From: an uncultured Gammaproteobacteria bacterium | GTDB taxonomy: Bacteria; Patescibacteriota; Microgenomatia; UBA8517 | Assembly: GCA_964396785.1 (NCBI GenBank) | Contig: CAYNFU010000004.1 | Location: 1-37,344 of the forward strand | Length of the DNA: 37,344 nt | Reading direction: 5' to 3' | In this document: piece after piece, positions 15,872 through 25,133 of the stretch | Position numbering within the stretch: position 1 is the stretch's first letter | Layout of the letters: every line of letters starts with the position of its first letter | The notes under the pieces: model-generated | What the model saw: only the letters and a program-made list of their open reading frames with translations | What the model was told of the DNA's origin: nothing | Databases searched by the model: none | Program-made: the position numbers and the translations under genes

Positions 15872-18070
15872 ATGCCCAGGAAAGTCCTTTTTGCTTTGTT
15901 CCTTGTATTGTTCTCGTTAATAACTATTCGTTATGCGCTAAACCCCGATAAAACCCAAGCTGCCATAAGTGCCTGCAGCGTTACCGTAGGCCCTAATTTT
16001 CAGAATGTTGGCTCCTCTGGTACTTTGTCATTTGGAATAACTAATAATGACGAGTCTAGTAATTCGATCCGTTGGATTAAAATAACGGCTCCATCCAGTA
16101 ATTTTGTAATTACAAATGCGACTGGGTTATATCAAAGCTCAGCTGAGATAAACTCTTCTGCGACTGAAGTAACAATTAAGCTTTCTGGTTTATCGCCAGC
16201 GGAATATGGTGAGTATTATCTTAGTATAACGACTGGGGACAACATAATGCCTGCCCAGTCGTTTGCAGTTCAAGTTTCCGACACAGACGCGGGGGACAAC
16301 CCGGTTAGTTGTTCTGGAGATACGGGGGTTTCAATACCTTCGCCGGGACAAGAAATTATTAATATTTCAAACTTGTTGGTTTCTTTTACCGATACGTCAG
16401 CTGTTATTAGTTGGAATACGGATGCAAATGCAACCAGCCAGGTAGAATATGGAACCACCAATCAATACGGCAGTACGAAAACGGATTCCAGCTTGGTTAC
16501 GACGCATTCTGTAAACTTAACCGGACTTTCCTCAAGTACCGTTTATCACTTTCGGGTTACAAGTGTAAATGCTGACAATGACACTGCCCAACTTACAGAC
16601 AACACTTTCACGACAGCTACGGCGGGGACAACCACCACATCAACCGTGACGGTAACTGCTACGACTACTAAGACTATCAGCGACACAACTTCGCCCGGAA
16701 TTTCAATAAGTACAATTTTTTCCGAGCCATACGAAACCGCTCCGGTTATTTCCGGAGTTGCAACAGATAATTCCGGGGTCTCACAAGTTGAGTATTCGAT
16801 TGACGGGGGGAAAAACTGGATTCCTGTTGATGACTTTGGGAAAACTGGTGCAAAGTCGACTACCTTTAGCTTTCTACCATCCATTATTGATGACGGCAAC
16901 TACGATATTAAAGTTAGGGCGACTGACTCTTCTGGAAATAAGACCGTTTCCAAGACTTATGCTTTGGTTATAGATAGACTTCAACCTAGAGTCGGGGGTG
17001 TACTTTTTTCTTTGGGCCCGATGGTTCTTTTACCAGATGTCCAAGGCAATATTTTTACCATCGAAGGACTGGATACTAAGGTTACTCTTTCAGCCGTAGG
17101 CGGACCGATAAAACTGGATATCTTATCAGGTAATCAAACCTTTTCTTTTGTCAGAAATATTGAGTCCGGACTTTGGAGTGGGGTGCTAAGTTTTGTCAAA
17201 CACGGCATCTTTAGCCTCGCTACTAAATCTGTGGACGGTGCCAATAATTCCACAGAAGGAACTTTAGGAACAGTTATTTCATTGGAAGCGGGGAGAGTAG
17301 TAAGCGGCGAAACCCCCTTAAAAGAAGCAAAAGTCTCCGTTTATGCCTTTGAGTCTGGACTGGGGGAGTTTTTGGCTTGGAATGCCGCCCCTTATGGCCA
17401 AGAAAGTCCCCAAGATGTGGGTAGCCAAGGTGAGTATAAACTGATTTTGCCTCCTGGAAAGTACTATCTTGAAGTTTCTGCCCCGGGCTACTCGAGAGTA
17501 CGAACCAGCATCTTTGAAATTAGCCGTCCTACCCCCATTACTCAGAACTTTAGCCTTAATAAAAGGATCGGGCTTCACCTTGGTAGAATATTTATCGGTC
17601 TTCCAGACTTTAAAAATAGGGTAGTTGATATTCAAAACGATCTCCCTGAGGCCGGGGAAAAAGTCTCGACAAAGGCTGGAGCCGCCTTGCCGGACTTCTT
17701 ATTTGAGTCGGAGGAGCAAGCAGTCTCCAACATTTCACTTCTAGGGAAACCTACCGTTCTTACTTTTATTTCTACTTGGGCGCCGGAGTCGTCAGATCAA
17801 TTATCCGCCCTAGAGGCCTTTGCAGAAGAATTTAAAGAAATAAATGTCTACGCCGTTGCCGAGCAGGAAGGAAAGGGTAAGGTTGAAACTTTCAAGAAGG
17901 TGGGCGGTTATGAAGTTGAAATCGTGGCCGATTCCGATGGAGTTCTGATTGAACCTCTTTCTCTGAGCTACTTTCCCAGCCACGTATTTGTAGACAGAAA
18001 AGGAGTAATTCAAAAGGTTGTGGTTGGCTTTTTATCTAAAGAAGAGATTGTCCAAAACCTGCTAAACTAA
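15872..18070 (+). CDS. Exported multidomain protein: FN3-like, Ig-like, carboxypeptidase-regulatory-like and C-terminal TlpA/thioredoxin-like domain lacking CxxC
   Basis: Signal/anchor MPRKVLFALFLVLFSLI; HSVNLTGLSSSTVYHFRVTS; VEYSIDGGKNW...KVRATDSSGN; LPPGKYYLEVSAPGY; GKPTVLTFISTWAPES...FPSHVFVDRKGVI. ATG 15872 is 6 nt after TATACT. Confidence 0.8.
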   Translation: MPRKVLFALFLVLFSLITIRYALNPDKTQAAISACSVTVGPNFQNVGSSGTLSFGITNNDESSNSIRWIKITAPSSNFVITNATGLYQSSAEINSSATEVTIKLSGLSPAEYGEYYLSITTGDNIMPAQSFAVQVSDTDAGDNPVSCSGDTGVSIPSPGQEIINISNLLVSFTDTSAVISWNTDANATSQVEYGTTNQYGSTKTDSSLVTTHSVNLTGLSSSTVYHFRVTSVNADNDTAQLTDNTFTTATAGTTTTSTVTVTATTTKTISDTTSPGISISTIFSEPYETAPVISGVATDNSGVSQVEYSIDGGKNWIPVDDFGKTGAKSTTFSFLPSIIDDGNYDIKVRATDSSGNKTVSKTYALVIDRLQPRVGGVLFSLGPMVLLPDVQGNIFTIEGLDTKVTLSAVGGPIKLDILSGNQTFSFVRNIESGLWSGVLSFVKHGIFSLATKSVDGANNSTEGTLGTVISLEAGRVVSGETPLKEAKVSVYAFESGLGEFLAWNAAPYGQESPQDVGSQGEYKLILPPGKYYLEVSAPGYSRVRTSIFEISRPTPITQNFSLNKRIGLHLGRIFIGLPDFKNRVVDIQNDLPEAGEKVSTKAGAALPDFLFESEEQAVSNISLLGKPTVLTFISTWAPESSDQLSALEAFAEEFKEINVYAVAEQEGKGKVETFKKVGGYEVEIVADSDGVLIEPLSLSYFPSHVFVDRKGVIQKVVVGFLSKEEIVQNLLN

Positions 18071-18074
18071 AATT

Positions 18075-19646
18075 ATGTGGAAGCCGTTTATTTTTGAAAA
18101 CCTACATTTTGCCATAAATACTTTTGGTGCCCTTTCCCTATTTTCTATTTTTTGGCTTTATTTAGACGTTTGGCTTCCCAAGAAAACCCTTAAGGAAGGC
18201 TTAAAGGTAGCAGGATTTCTACTGCTTTCCCTCTCTTTTTTACTGCAGGCGACCAGGCTTGAGGCAAGTATTATTGTTAACCCTCTAACCAGCGGGAAAC
18301 TGGTCCAGGTTATCCTACTTTTTACAAGAATAGCAGGTTACATATTGGTTGCGGCTGGTCTTGCTATTGAAAATATTGAGGTCCATCCTGAGGTAAAACC
18401 TAAAACTGGAGCAATATGGTCTTTGCCGGTTGCGTCCATGGCCCAGCCACTTCTTGCGGGAGCTATCGGGTGGCTTTACCTTAGAAAAGTTGCAGTTGGC
18501 CTTGAGCACCATCTCAAAAGGGTAGGTATTGGGTTTTTTGTGCTCGCCGTATATGAGCTTCTGGCTCTACGGGGCCTTTTTGTCGGAACCTCCAATATAG
18601 CAATTTATAAGACTACGGCCCCCTTCGGGGTTGTCTGGGGACTCGAACAGCTGGTTGAGCTTGCGGCTTTTGTAATCTTTTTCTCTTGGGCATTTTCCTA
18701 CCTTCTAAAAAGGATTAATACCCAGCTTTTTATTATTTTTACCTCCACCGTTCTTGCTATCTTTCTTCTTACGGCTGTTTCTTTCAGCTTCCTTCTTCTT
18801 AAAAACCTTCAGGACGAGACTCTTTCTAGACTTGATACCGACGCTTCCGTCTTGTCTTTTGCACTTGAAGCCAAGAAGTCTGAGGCAAAATCTATTGCTC
18901 TTGGCCTTTCCCAGAACCCTGCAGTTATTGAGGCAATTATTGGGGAAGAGAAGGGAACTCTTTCGGATTTGGCTCAAAAGACCCTTGTTGATGAAAAAGC
19001 GGGAAGCGTAATTGTCTTAGACGGCAGTGGAAAGGTTTTGGCCAGAGGTGAGGAGAGGGAGAGAGTAGGAGATTCGCTCTCTGACGACTCATTGGTAAAA
19101 AGGGTTCTTTTGGGTAAAGCTGAAACCTCGGTAATTACCAAAGACGGGGTTTTGGCCCCAACCGTTATCGTCAGAGCAGCTGCACCGATTGTCTCGGGCG
19201 AGGAAGCCATTGGAGTGGCTCTTGTAGGAATACCCATAGACAATGCGTTTATGGACGGGGTTAAAAAAGGAACTGGGTTGGAGGCTGCGGTTTTTGGGAA
19301 AGACAGCCTTTCGGCGACCACAATTACTGATTTTACGGGTAAAACTCGCCCGATTGGAATAAAAGAGACAAATAAAGAAGTATTAGAAACGGTTCTAGGA
19401 AAAGGAGAGAAAAAAACTGCACTGGTTAGTCTGCTTAATGGGCAGTATTTTGCTTCGTACCATCCCTTAAAAGACGTTGACGGAAGCGTTGTTGGTATGA
19501 TATTTACGGGCAAACCCGCTTATTCGGTCTTGGCAACGGCAGGACGCTCAATTGAGATAACCTTTTTGGTTTCTGCCGTTTTAATTATCTTTTCGATAGT
19601 CCCTACCTATTTAATCTCAAAATACATAGCCCAACAGCTTAAATAA
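18075..19646 (+). CDS. Polytopic membrane protein with Cache-like sensor domain and no cytoplasmic output
   Basis: About 7 N-terminal TMs; VIVLDGSGKVLARG...AAAPI...YFASYHPLKDVDGSVVGMIFTG; final TM then stop. Confidence 0.78.
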   Translation: MWKPFIFENLHFAINTFGALSLFSIFWLYLDVWLPKKTLKEGLKVAGFLLLSLSFLLQATRLEASIIVNPLTSGKLVQVILLFTRIAGYILVAAGLAIENIEVHPEVKPKTGAIWSLPVASMAQPLLAGAIGWLYLRKVAVGLEHHLKRVGIGFFVLAVYELLALRGLFVGTSNIAIYKTTAPFGVVWGLEQLVELAAFVIFFSWAFSYLLKRINTQLFIIFTSTVLAIFLLTAVSFSFLLLKNLQDETLSRLDTDASVLSFALEAKKSEAKSIALGLSQNPAVIEAIIGEEKGTLSDLAQKTLVDEKAGSVIVLDGSGKVLARGEERERVGDSLSDDSLVKRVLLGKAETSVITKDGVLAPTVIVRAAAPIVSGEEAIGVALVGIPIDNAFMDGVKKGTGLEAAVFGKDSLSATTITDFTGKTRPIGIKETNKEVLETVLGKGEKKTALVSLLNGQYFASYHPLKDVDGSVVGMIFTGKPAYSVLATAGRSIEITFLVSAVLIIFSIVPTYLISKYIAQQLK

Positions 19647-20497
19647 TGAAACCCACTGCCCCAAAAGAGCTGAATGTCTTTCTTAAGTTGTTAGCGGTTC
19701 TTGCTCTGGGAGGAGTCTTCTTTCTTCTCTTCTTCTCGTTTTTTGCCCGGGTGGGCAGTGGAATCTTTCTTTTTTCCGGAATTATTCCGGTCTCGGCCGG
19801 CTACTTTTTTGGCAGTTGGGGAGGCTTAGTAGGGGGGTTAGTTATCTTTCCGCTAAACTTTCTTTTGTCTAGGGCAGTTACGGGAACAAGTGTTGAAGAA
19901 TTCTTATGGCCAAATGTTGCGCCCAACCTAGGTCTTATTCTTATCGGAGTGTTTGTGGGAAGACTTAGGGAAACACAAAGAAAACTGTTTGAAGCAAAGC
20001 TAATCCAGGAGAGGCTTCGAGAGTCCGAAGCCAAATTTTCTCTTTTTATGAACAATGCCCCGATTGTCGGTTGGGTAAAAGATCCGGAAACTTGGAAATA
20101 TCTTTATATAAATAAGACCTTTCAGACCACTTTCAAAATTAAAATGGAGGAGATTACCCAGAAAAGAGATTCTGACCTTTGGCCAAAAGAGGTAGCGGAG
20201 ACTTTAAGGAAAAACGACTTTGAGGTCTACACAAAAGGGAAGGTATTCAGGATTTATGAAGACGTTCCAACGCCTGACGGTGTTATGCACCACTGGCTCG
20301 TTTTTAAGTTTCCGGTTGAGTCCGAAGGTAAGCGCCTGGTCGGGGGAACGGCGATAGACATTACAGCCTTAAAAAAATCCCAGGACGAGTTGGCGGAAAG
20401 AACGGTTGAATTAGAGAGAATGAACGAGCTTATGGTGGGAAGAGAATCTAAAATGGCCGAGTTAAAAGAGCAGATAAAAAAGCTTAAAGCTAAGTAA
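19646..20497 (+). CDS. Membrane PAS-domain protein ending in a coiled coil; no kinase domain
   Basis: 3-4 TMs; SEAKFSLFMNNAP...YINK...WLVFKFPV...GGTAIDIT (PAS/PAC); ends LERMNELMVGRESKMAELKEQIKKLKAK. Confidence 0.82.
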   Translation: MKPTAPKELNVFLKLLAVLALGGVFFLLFFSFFARVGSGIFLFSGIIPVSAGYFFGSWGGLVGGLVIFPLNFLLSRAVTGTSVEEFLWPNVAPNLGLILIGVFVGRLRETQRKLFEAKLIQERLRESEAKFSLFMNNAPIVGWVKDPETWKYLYINKTFQTTFKIKMEEITQKRDSDLWPKEVAETLRKNDFEVYTKGKVFRIYEDVPTPDGVMHHWLVFKFPVESEGKRLVGGTAIDITALKKSQDELAERTVELERMNELMVGRESKMAELKEQIKKLKAK

Positions 20498-20499
20498 AA

Positions 20500-23187
20500 A
20501 TGCGTGTAACCGCTTCCATTCGATTCAAAACTCTTCGTGTAATGCTTCTTTCTATGATTGTGCTTCTGGTTGGCTTTTCTTATTACGCCCTAACTTATTT
20601 GTCTGAGGAGTTTCATAGTATAGAAGACAGAAGAATCGGTGATAACCTCGAAAGAATTCTGGATACCCAGAAATTTAATCTTGATAACCTAAGTATTAAG
20701 CTAACTGGTTGGGCCGCTTGGGACGATACTTACGAGTTTACAGAAGATAAAAATCAGGAATATATAGATTCCAATCTCACGCCGTTTGCCGTACAAAATC
20801 TAAGGGTCAACTTCATGGTTTTTATGAATAATAAAAGCGAGATTGTTACTAGTTTGGGATACGACTACAACAATTCTCGAGAGGTTGACCTTCCGGAGGG
20901 CCTCCGTGCCCTTATCTACCCCGGAAGCGAAATTATTACTCATAGTGAAGTTAGTGGAGAAAAAAAAGGCATACTTAGTCTCGAAGAGGGTCCTTTAATG
21001 TTTGTCTCTCGCCCGATAATTACCTCCGACGGGGAAGGGCCGATAAAAGGGACACTAATTTTTGCGAGGTTTTTGGATCAGCGGGAATTAGAACTTCTTT
21101 CTGGTGTTGTTCATTTTCCTCTCCAGCTTATTAAAATAGACGACAAGCTAGGGGACGAGTATAAAGAAGCTTTCCAGGTATTAAATAGAGGGGAGAAATA
21201 TCATGTCCATAATGCAGACAGAAAAACCTCTCACGGCTACGCTTTAGTCAAAGACTACTTCGGCAAACCCGCTTTTCTTTTAAGGATGAGTTATCCCAGA
21301 GATATAACCCAACAGGGAGTCAGAAGTATTAATATTTTTATAGCCTCTTTCGTTATAGCCTCTATCGGTTATCTGGTACTAATTATATTTTTCGTGAACC
21401 GCTTTCTTATTAAGCGGGTAGAGGTTTTGTCCCGCGAGGTAGTCAAGATAGGAGAAAGCGGCTCGATGAAACTAAGAATTAACGTCGACCCTAGTCGGGA
21501 CGAAATAGCTTCTTTGGGTACAAGCATTAATAACATGCTTGAATTTCTGCAGATTGCCCAGAGGGAAGTTTCCGAGAAGAAAAAGGAGCTGGAAGGAAAA
21601 GTGGGACAGATTCAAAAACAGAACGAGTCTCTTACAGAGACCAAAAAAGCCATGCTCAACCTTCTCGAGGATGAAAAGGGGCTTGAGCAAGCCCTCAAAT
21701 CCGAGCGTGACAGAATAGGCCTTATCATCTCCTCAATGGGAGAGGGACTTTTGGTTGTTGATAACGAAAAAAGGATAATAATGCTAAATCCTGTTGCCGA
21801 GAATCTTTTAGAAACCAAAGGACAGGTGGTTATCGGTAAAAGCTGGTCGGAAGTAGTAAAAACCCTTAAGGAAGATAAAGAAGTTCCCGTTATGGAGCGT
21901 TCTTTCACCCAAGTGGTAGCCAAAAGAAAGCCGATTATTACCAATCTTGAGGACGACCATTACTATCTAACCAAATCCGGCAGGAAATTCCCGATTGTTT
22001 CAATTACAGCCCCCCTTATTTCTGGCGGTAAGTTAGTCGGGGCAGTCAAGGTATTTAGGGATGCGACAGTCGATAAAGATGCTAAAGAAAATATCGAAAA
22101 AGAGGTGACAGAGCGTACCAAAGAACTCGCTGAGGAAAAGGCCAGACTACTTGCTTCAATTGAGAGTCTTCCGAGAGGATTTATCTTAACCGACCCCGGA
22201 GGAAATGTTATTTTAACCAATAAACTATTAGTTGATATTTTCGGAAAGATTCCGAGAGAAGGCTGGACTCTTGCAAGTCTTCAGACCGTTTTAGGTAAAA
22301 GTTTTGACCTGATGGGGAACTTTAAAAAAGTTATCTCACAAGTGGAAAAATCCGTCTATGTAGGAGCCTTATCGTGGGGTACCAAATTTCTTGAACTATT
22401 CATAGTACCGGTTACTCTAGCTAATGGAAGTGTGGTTGGGACAATAATACTTATAGGAGACGTTACTGAAGCCAAGGTTTTAGAGCGTTCCAAAGACGAG
22501 TTCTTCTCAATTGCCAGCCATGAGCTTCGAACTCCATTAACTGCCATCAGGGGCAATACCGCTCTAATTAAGGATTACTTTGTCAAGAAAGTCAAAGACC
22601 CTGAATTTGTAAATATTGTAGATGATATTCACACATCAAGCATTAGACTAATTGGAATTGTTAATGATTTCTTAAATCTCTCCCGCCTGGAGCAGGGGAG
22701 AATGGAGTTTAAGAAAGAAAAAGTAGATGTTGCGGCCGCGATAAAACAAGTTTTTGAGGAGCTCGGAGAGTCGGCGAGTGCGAAGAGTCTTAAACTTGTA
22801 TATATTGAGTCAAAGACGAAAGTGCCGCTAGCCTTGGCAGATAACGAGAAGGTCAAAGAAGTTTTAGTCAACATTCTTGGAAACGCAATCAATTACACCG
22901 AAAAAGGAGACGTGACAGTAAGTCTCACTGCCGAAGGGGGTCAACTTAAAGTAAAAGTGGCGGATACAGGGAGGGGAATTCTCGTTGCCAATCAAAACCT
23001 TCTTTTCAGGAAATTCCAACAGGCAGGCTCAAGTCTCTATACCAGGGATACGACCAAGGGAACGGGGCTCGGGCTTTACATTAGTAAGCTTATGGTCGAG
23101 GGAATGGAGGGAACAATTGGCCTCTTGGTGAGTAAAGTTGGGGAGGGTTCAACTTTTTGTTTCACACTTCCTATTGCAAAGAGTTAG
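20500..23187 (+). CDS. Sensor histidine kinase (CHASE4-HAMP-coiled coil-PAS-PAS-HisKA-HATPase)
   Basis: WAAWDDTYEF and SRPIITSDGEGPIKGTLIFARFLD (CHASE4); DEIASLGTSINNML (HAMP); ASHELRTPL, NILGNAINYT, DTGRGI, GTGLGL. Confidence 0.93.
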   Translation: MRVTASIRFKTLRVMLLSMIVLLVGFSYYALTYLSEEFHSIEDRRIGDNLERILDTQKFNLDNLSIKLTGWAAWDDTYEFTEDKNQEYIDSNLTPFAVQNLRVNFMVFMNNKSEIVTSLGYDYNNSREVDLPEGLRALIYPGSEIITHSEVSGEKKGILSLEEGPLMFVSRPIITSDGEGPIKGTLIFARFLDQRELELLSGVVHFPLQLIKIDDKLGDEYKEAFQVLNRGEKYHVHNADRKTSHGYALVKDYFGKPAFLLRMSYPRDITQQGVRSINIFIASFVIASIGYLVLIIFFVNRFLIKRVEVLSREVVKIGESGSMKLRINVDPSRDEIASLGTSINNMLEFLQIAQREVSEKKKELEGKVGQIQKQNESLTETKKAMLNLLEDEKGLEQALKSERDRIGLIISSMGEGLLVVDNEKRIIMLNPVAENLLETKGQVVIGKSWSEVVKTLKEDKEVPVMERSFTQVVAKRKPIITNLEDDHYYLTKSGRKFPIVSITAPLISGGKLVGAVKVFRDATVDKDAKENIEKEVTERTKELAEEKARLLASIESLPRGFILTDPGGNVILTNKLLVDIFGKIPREGWTLASLQTVLGKSFDLMGNFKKVISQVEKSVYVGALSWGTKFLELFIVPVTLANGSVVGTIILIGDVTEAKVLERSKDEFFSIASHELRTPLTAIRGNTALIKDYFVKKVKDPEFVNIVDDIHTSSIRLIGIVNDFLNLSRLEQGRMEFKKEKVDVAAAIKQVFEELGESASAKSLKLVYIESKTKVPLALADNEKVKEVLVNILGNAINYTEKGDVTVSLTAEGGQLKVKVADTGRGILVANQNLLFRKFQQAGSSLYTRDTTKGTGLGLYISKLMVEGMEGTIGLLVSKVGEGSTFCFTLPIAKS

Positions 23188-23210
23188 GGTTGACATTTAA
23201 AATGTAAAAT

Positions 23211-23579
23211 ATGTCGAAGATTCTCATTATTGAAGACGATCCATACGTTCTCAAGTTTTACGCTAGACTTTTTGCCCTGGGTAAATACGAGGTCGAAATG
23301 GCGGGAAGCGGCAAGGAGGGACTGGAAAAAGCAAGGGCGTCAAAACCCAGTTTGATTCTTCTTGATATAATGATGCCCGAAATGGATGGATTTGTAGTCC
23401 TTAAAGAGCTCAAGGCCGACCCTGAAACAAAAGACTCTGAAGTCATTATGCTTACAAATCTAAGTGATACGGAATCATATAAAAAGGCAATTGAGTTGGG
23501 GGCAAATGGCTATTTGATCAAAGTAAATAACCCGCCCGAAAAACTCATTGAGGAGATAGAAAAACACATTCATGGCTAA
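23211..23579 (+). CDS. Single-domain response regulator (receiver only)
   Basis: ILIIEDD, LILLDIMMPEMDG, MLTN, YLIK; 122 aa. Confidence 0.92.
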   Translation: MSKILIIEDDPYVLKFYARLFALGKYEVEMAGSGKEGLEKARASKPSLILLDIMMPEMDGFVVLKELKADPETKDSEVIMLTNLSDTESYKKAIELGANGYLIKVNNPPEKLIEEIEKHIHG

Positions 23580-23988
23580 GATATTAATTATTGAAGACGA
23601 CCCCCTGATGAGCAGGATGTATCAAAAGATATTCTCCTTTGAGGGCTACGAGGTAGACGTTGCCGAAGACGGGGAGGACGGCCTGGCCAAGGTAAGGAGT
23701 TGGGGCCCCAACCTCATACTTTTGGATATTATGATGCCCAAAATGAACGGTATGGAGGTTCTGGAGAGGCTTAAAAGTGACCCTACCACAAAAAAACTTC
23801 CTGTTGTGATTTTGACCAACCTGGCTGGTCAAAAAGACGCAGAAACTGCAATGGGCAAAGGAGCAGTAAAATATATAGTAAAGTCCGAGTACGAGCCCAA
23901 AGAAGTCGCCAATATGGTCAAAGAGATTCTGGCCGGCTATACCAGAGAAGAGGTACCCCAAGTTTCGGAAGATAAACAACAAGGTTAA
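23572..23988 (+). CDS. Single-domain response regulator (receiver only)
   Basis: ILIIEDD, LILLDIMMPKMNG, ILTN, YIVK; short acidic tail. Confidence 0.92.
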   Translation: MAKILIIEDDPLMSRMYQKIFSFEGYEVDVAEDGEDGLAKVRSWGPNLILLDIMMPKMNGMEVLERLKSDPTTKKLPVVILTNLAGQKDAETAMGKGAVKYIVKSEYEPKEVANMVKEILAGYTREEVPQVSEDKQQG

Positions 23989-23990
23989 AA

Positions 23991-24260
23991 ATGCCCCAGT
24001 CTCAAAAAACTTCAAATGCTAAAGTTCCATACGTTCCCCTTAATTCACCACTTAAAATAGAAGGCGCCAAAGTCAGGTCCGAGTCCGTACCCTCATATTC
24101 CGGCTCTCCACTAACTTATGAAAGCGCTCTTGCCCAAGCAAAGGTTCGTGATGGGAAAGTCAGAAGGGACGACAATCTTTTTGTTCTGGGAAGTGTAGTT
24201 ACCATTCTCATGCTCCTCGGCGTTGCCGCTATTTACTTTTTCCTCTTAAAATATACTTAA
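23991..24260 (+). CDS. Small protein with C-terminal transmembrane anchor
   Basis: 89 aa, polar N-terminus, single C-terminal TM; fills the operon gap (2 nt after the previous stop). Confidence 0.65.
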   Translation: MPQSQKTSNAKVPYVPLNSPLKIEGAKVRSESVPSYSGSPLTYESALAQAKVRDGKVRRDDNLFVLGSVVTILMLLGVAAIYFFLLKYT

Positions 24261-24281
24261 TAGGGGAGTATTATTTAATTG

Positions 24282-25097
24282 ATGCTAGGGTTTAATAAAA
24301 AGACCACGGCAAGGCGCAGACTAATTTTTGTATTTTTTATTCTGGGAGCTTCCTTAGCCACATTATTCTTGGGTAATATAAGCTGGCCTAAAGATATTTC
24401 TTTCCAAAATCTCTGGGGTGTGGCATCTGTATGTCTTGCAGCTACAGCTGGGGTTTTAGCCCTTATAAAGCTTATGACCCGCAAGAAAAATAAGTACGCA
24501 TTTATCGCAGGAGGTTTTTTTGGGGTTGCCGTAATTGAGCTTTATAGCCTATTTAGCCCCCTTGGCCCCTCAGCGCTTCTTTGGCTCCTATCTAAAATAC
24601 TTCTTTCAGGGTACTTACTTCTATCACTTAAGGCTTGGCGTGAGGGAGAAGGGGAACAGAAGGGCTTAAAGCCCAGAGTTTATGTCTCCGCTGCAGTTTC
24701 GGCCGTACTTATTATAATTTTGGTGAGCCTGCTTCCCTCTTACGACCCATATAATCCAATGGGTCCTTTTGGTCGACCGATTGAACTGACCGCCGTCTTT
24801 TTATTCGCTGCGACGGCAATCGGATACTATTCCAAAGGCTATTGGGAGTTTAAATACTTTGAATTCTGGTTTCTGCTTTCACTTGTTTCCGCTATTTTTT
24901 CCCAAACCTATATGGCTCTCTCGCAATCATATTTTGATGGAATATACTGGGGGGCCATAATCTTAAAGAATTTGGGTTACTTATTTGCTCTTATTGGGCT
25001 TTTAGCAAGTTCATGGGCGGCATTCCGAGAAGTTGAGGCTGAAAAGAAGTATTTAGCAGGACACACTAAGGGAGAAGCCTACCTTAAAGAGCAATAA
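24282..25097 (+). CDS. Stand-alone polytopic membrane sensor (MASE3-like) with no catalytic domain
   Basis: About 8 TMs; YAFIAGGFFGVAVIE, GRPIEL, WFLLSLV...SQSYFDGIYWGAIILKNLGY resemble MASE3 segments of kinases (from memory); GGGGAG upstream. Confidence 0.62.
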   Translation: MLGFNKKTTARRRLIFVFFILGASLATLFLGNISWPKDISFQNLWGVASVCLAATAGVLALIKLMTRKKNKYAFIAGGFFGVAVIELYSLFSPLGPSALLWLLSKILLSGYLLLSLKAWREGEGEQKGLKPRVYVSAAVSAVLIIILVSLLPSYDPYNPMGPFGRPIELTAVFLFAATAIGYYSKGYWEFKYFEFWFLLSLVSAIFSQTYMALSQSYFDGIYWGAIILKNLGYLFALIGLLASSWAAFREVEAEKKYLAGHTKGEAYLKEQ

Positions 25098-25133
25098 CCC
25101 TTTACAATCTCTCATGCGTGGAGTTACTGATTC

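Noticed and set aside
19640-20505. Frameshifted single kinase spanning the Cache, PAS and kinase genes
   Set aside because: Each downstream ORF begins with its own Met and N-terminal TM segment, so fusing them gives no coherent domain order.
23190-23210. TTGACA...TAAAAT promoter before the first response regulator
   Set aside because: The spacer is only 9 bp.
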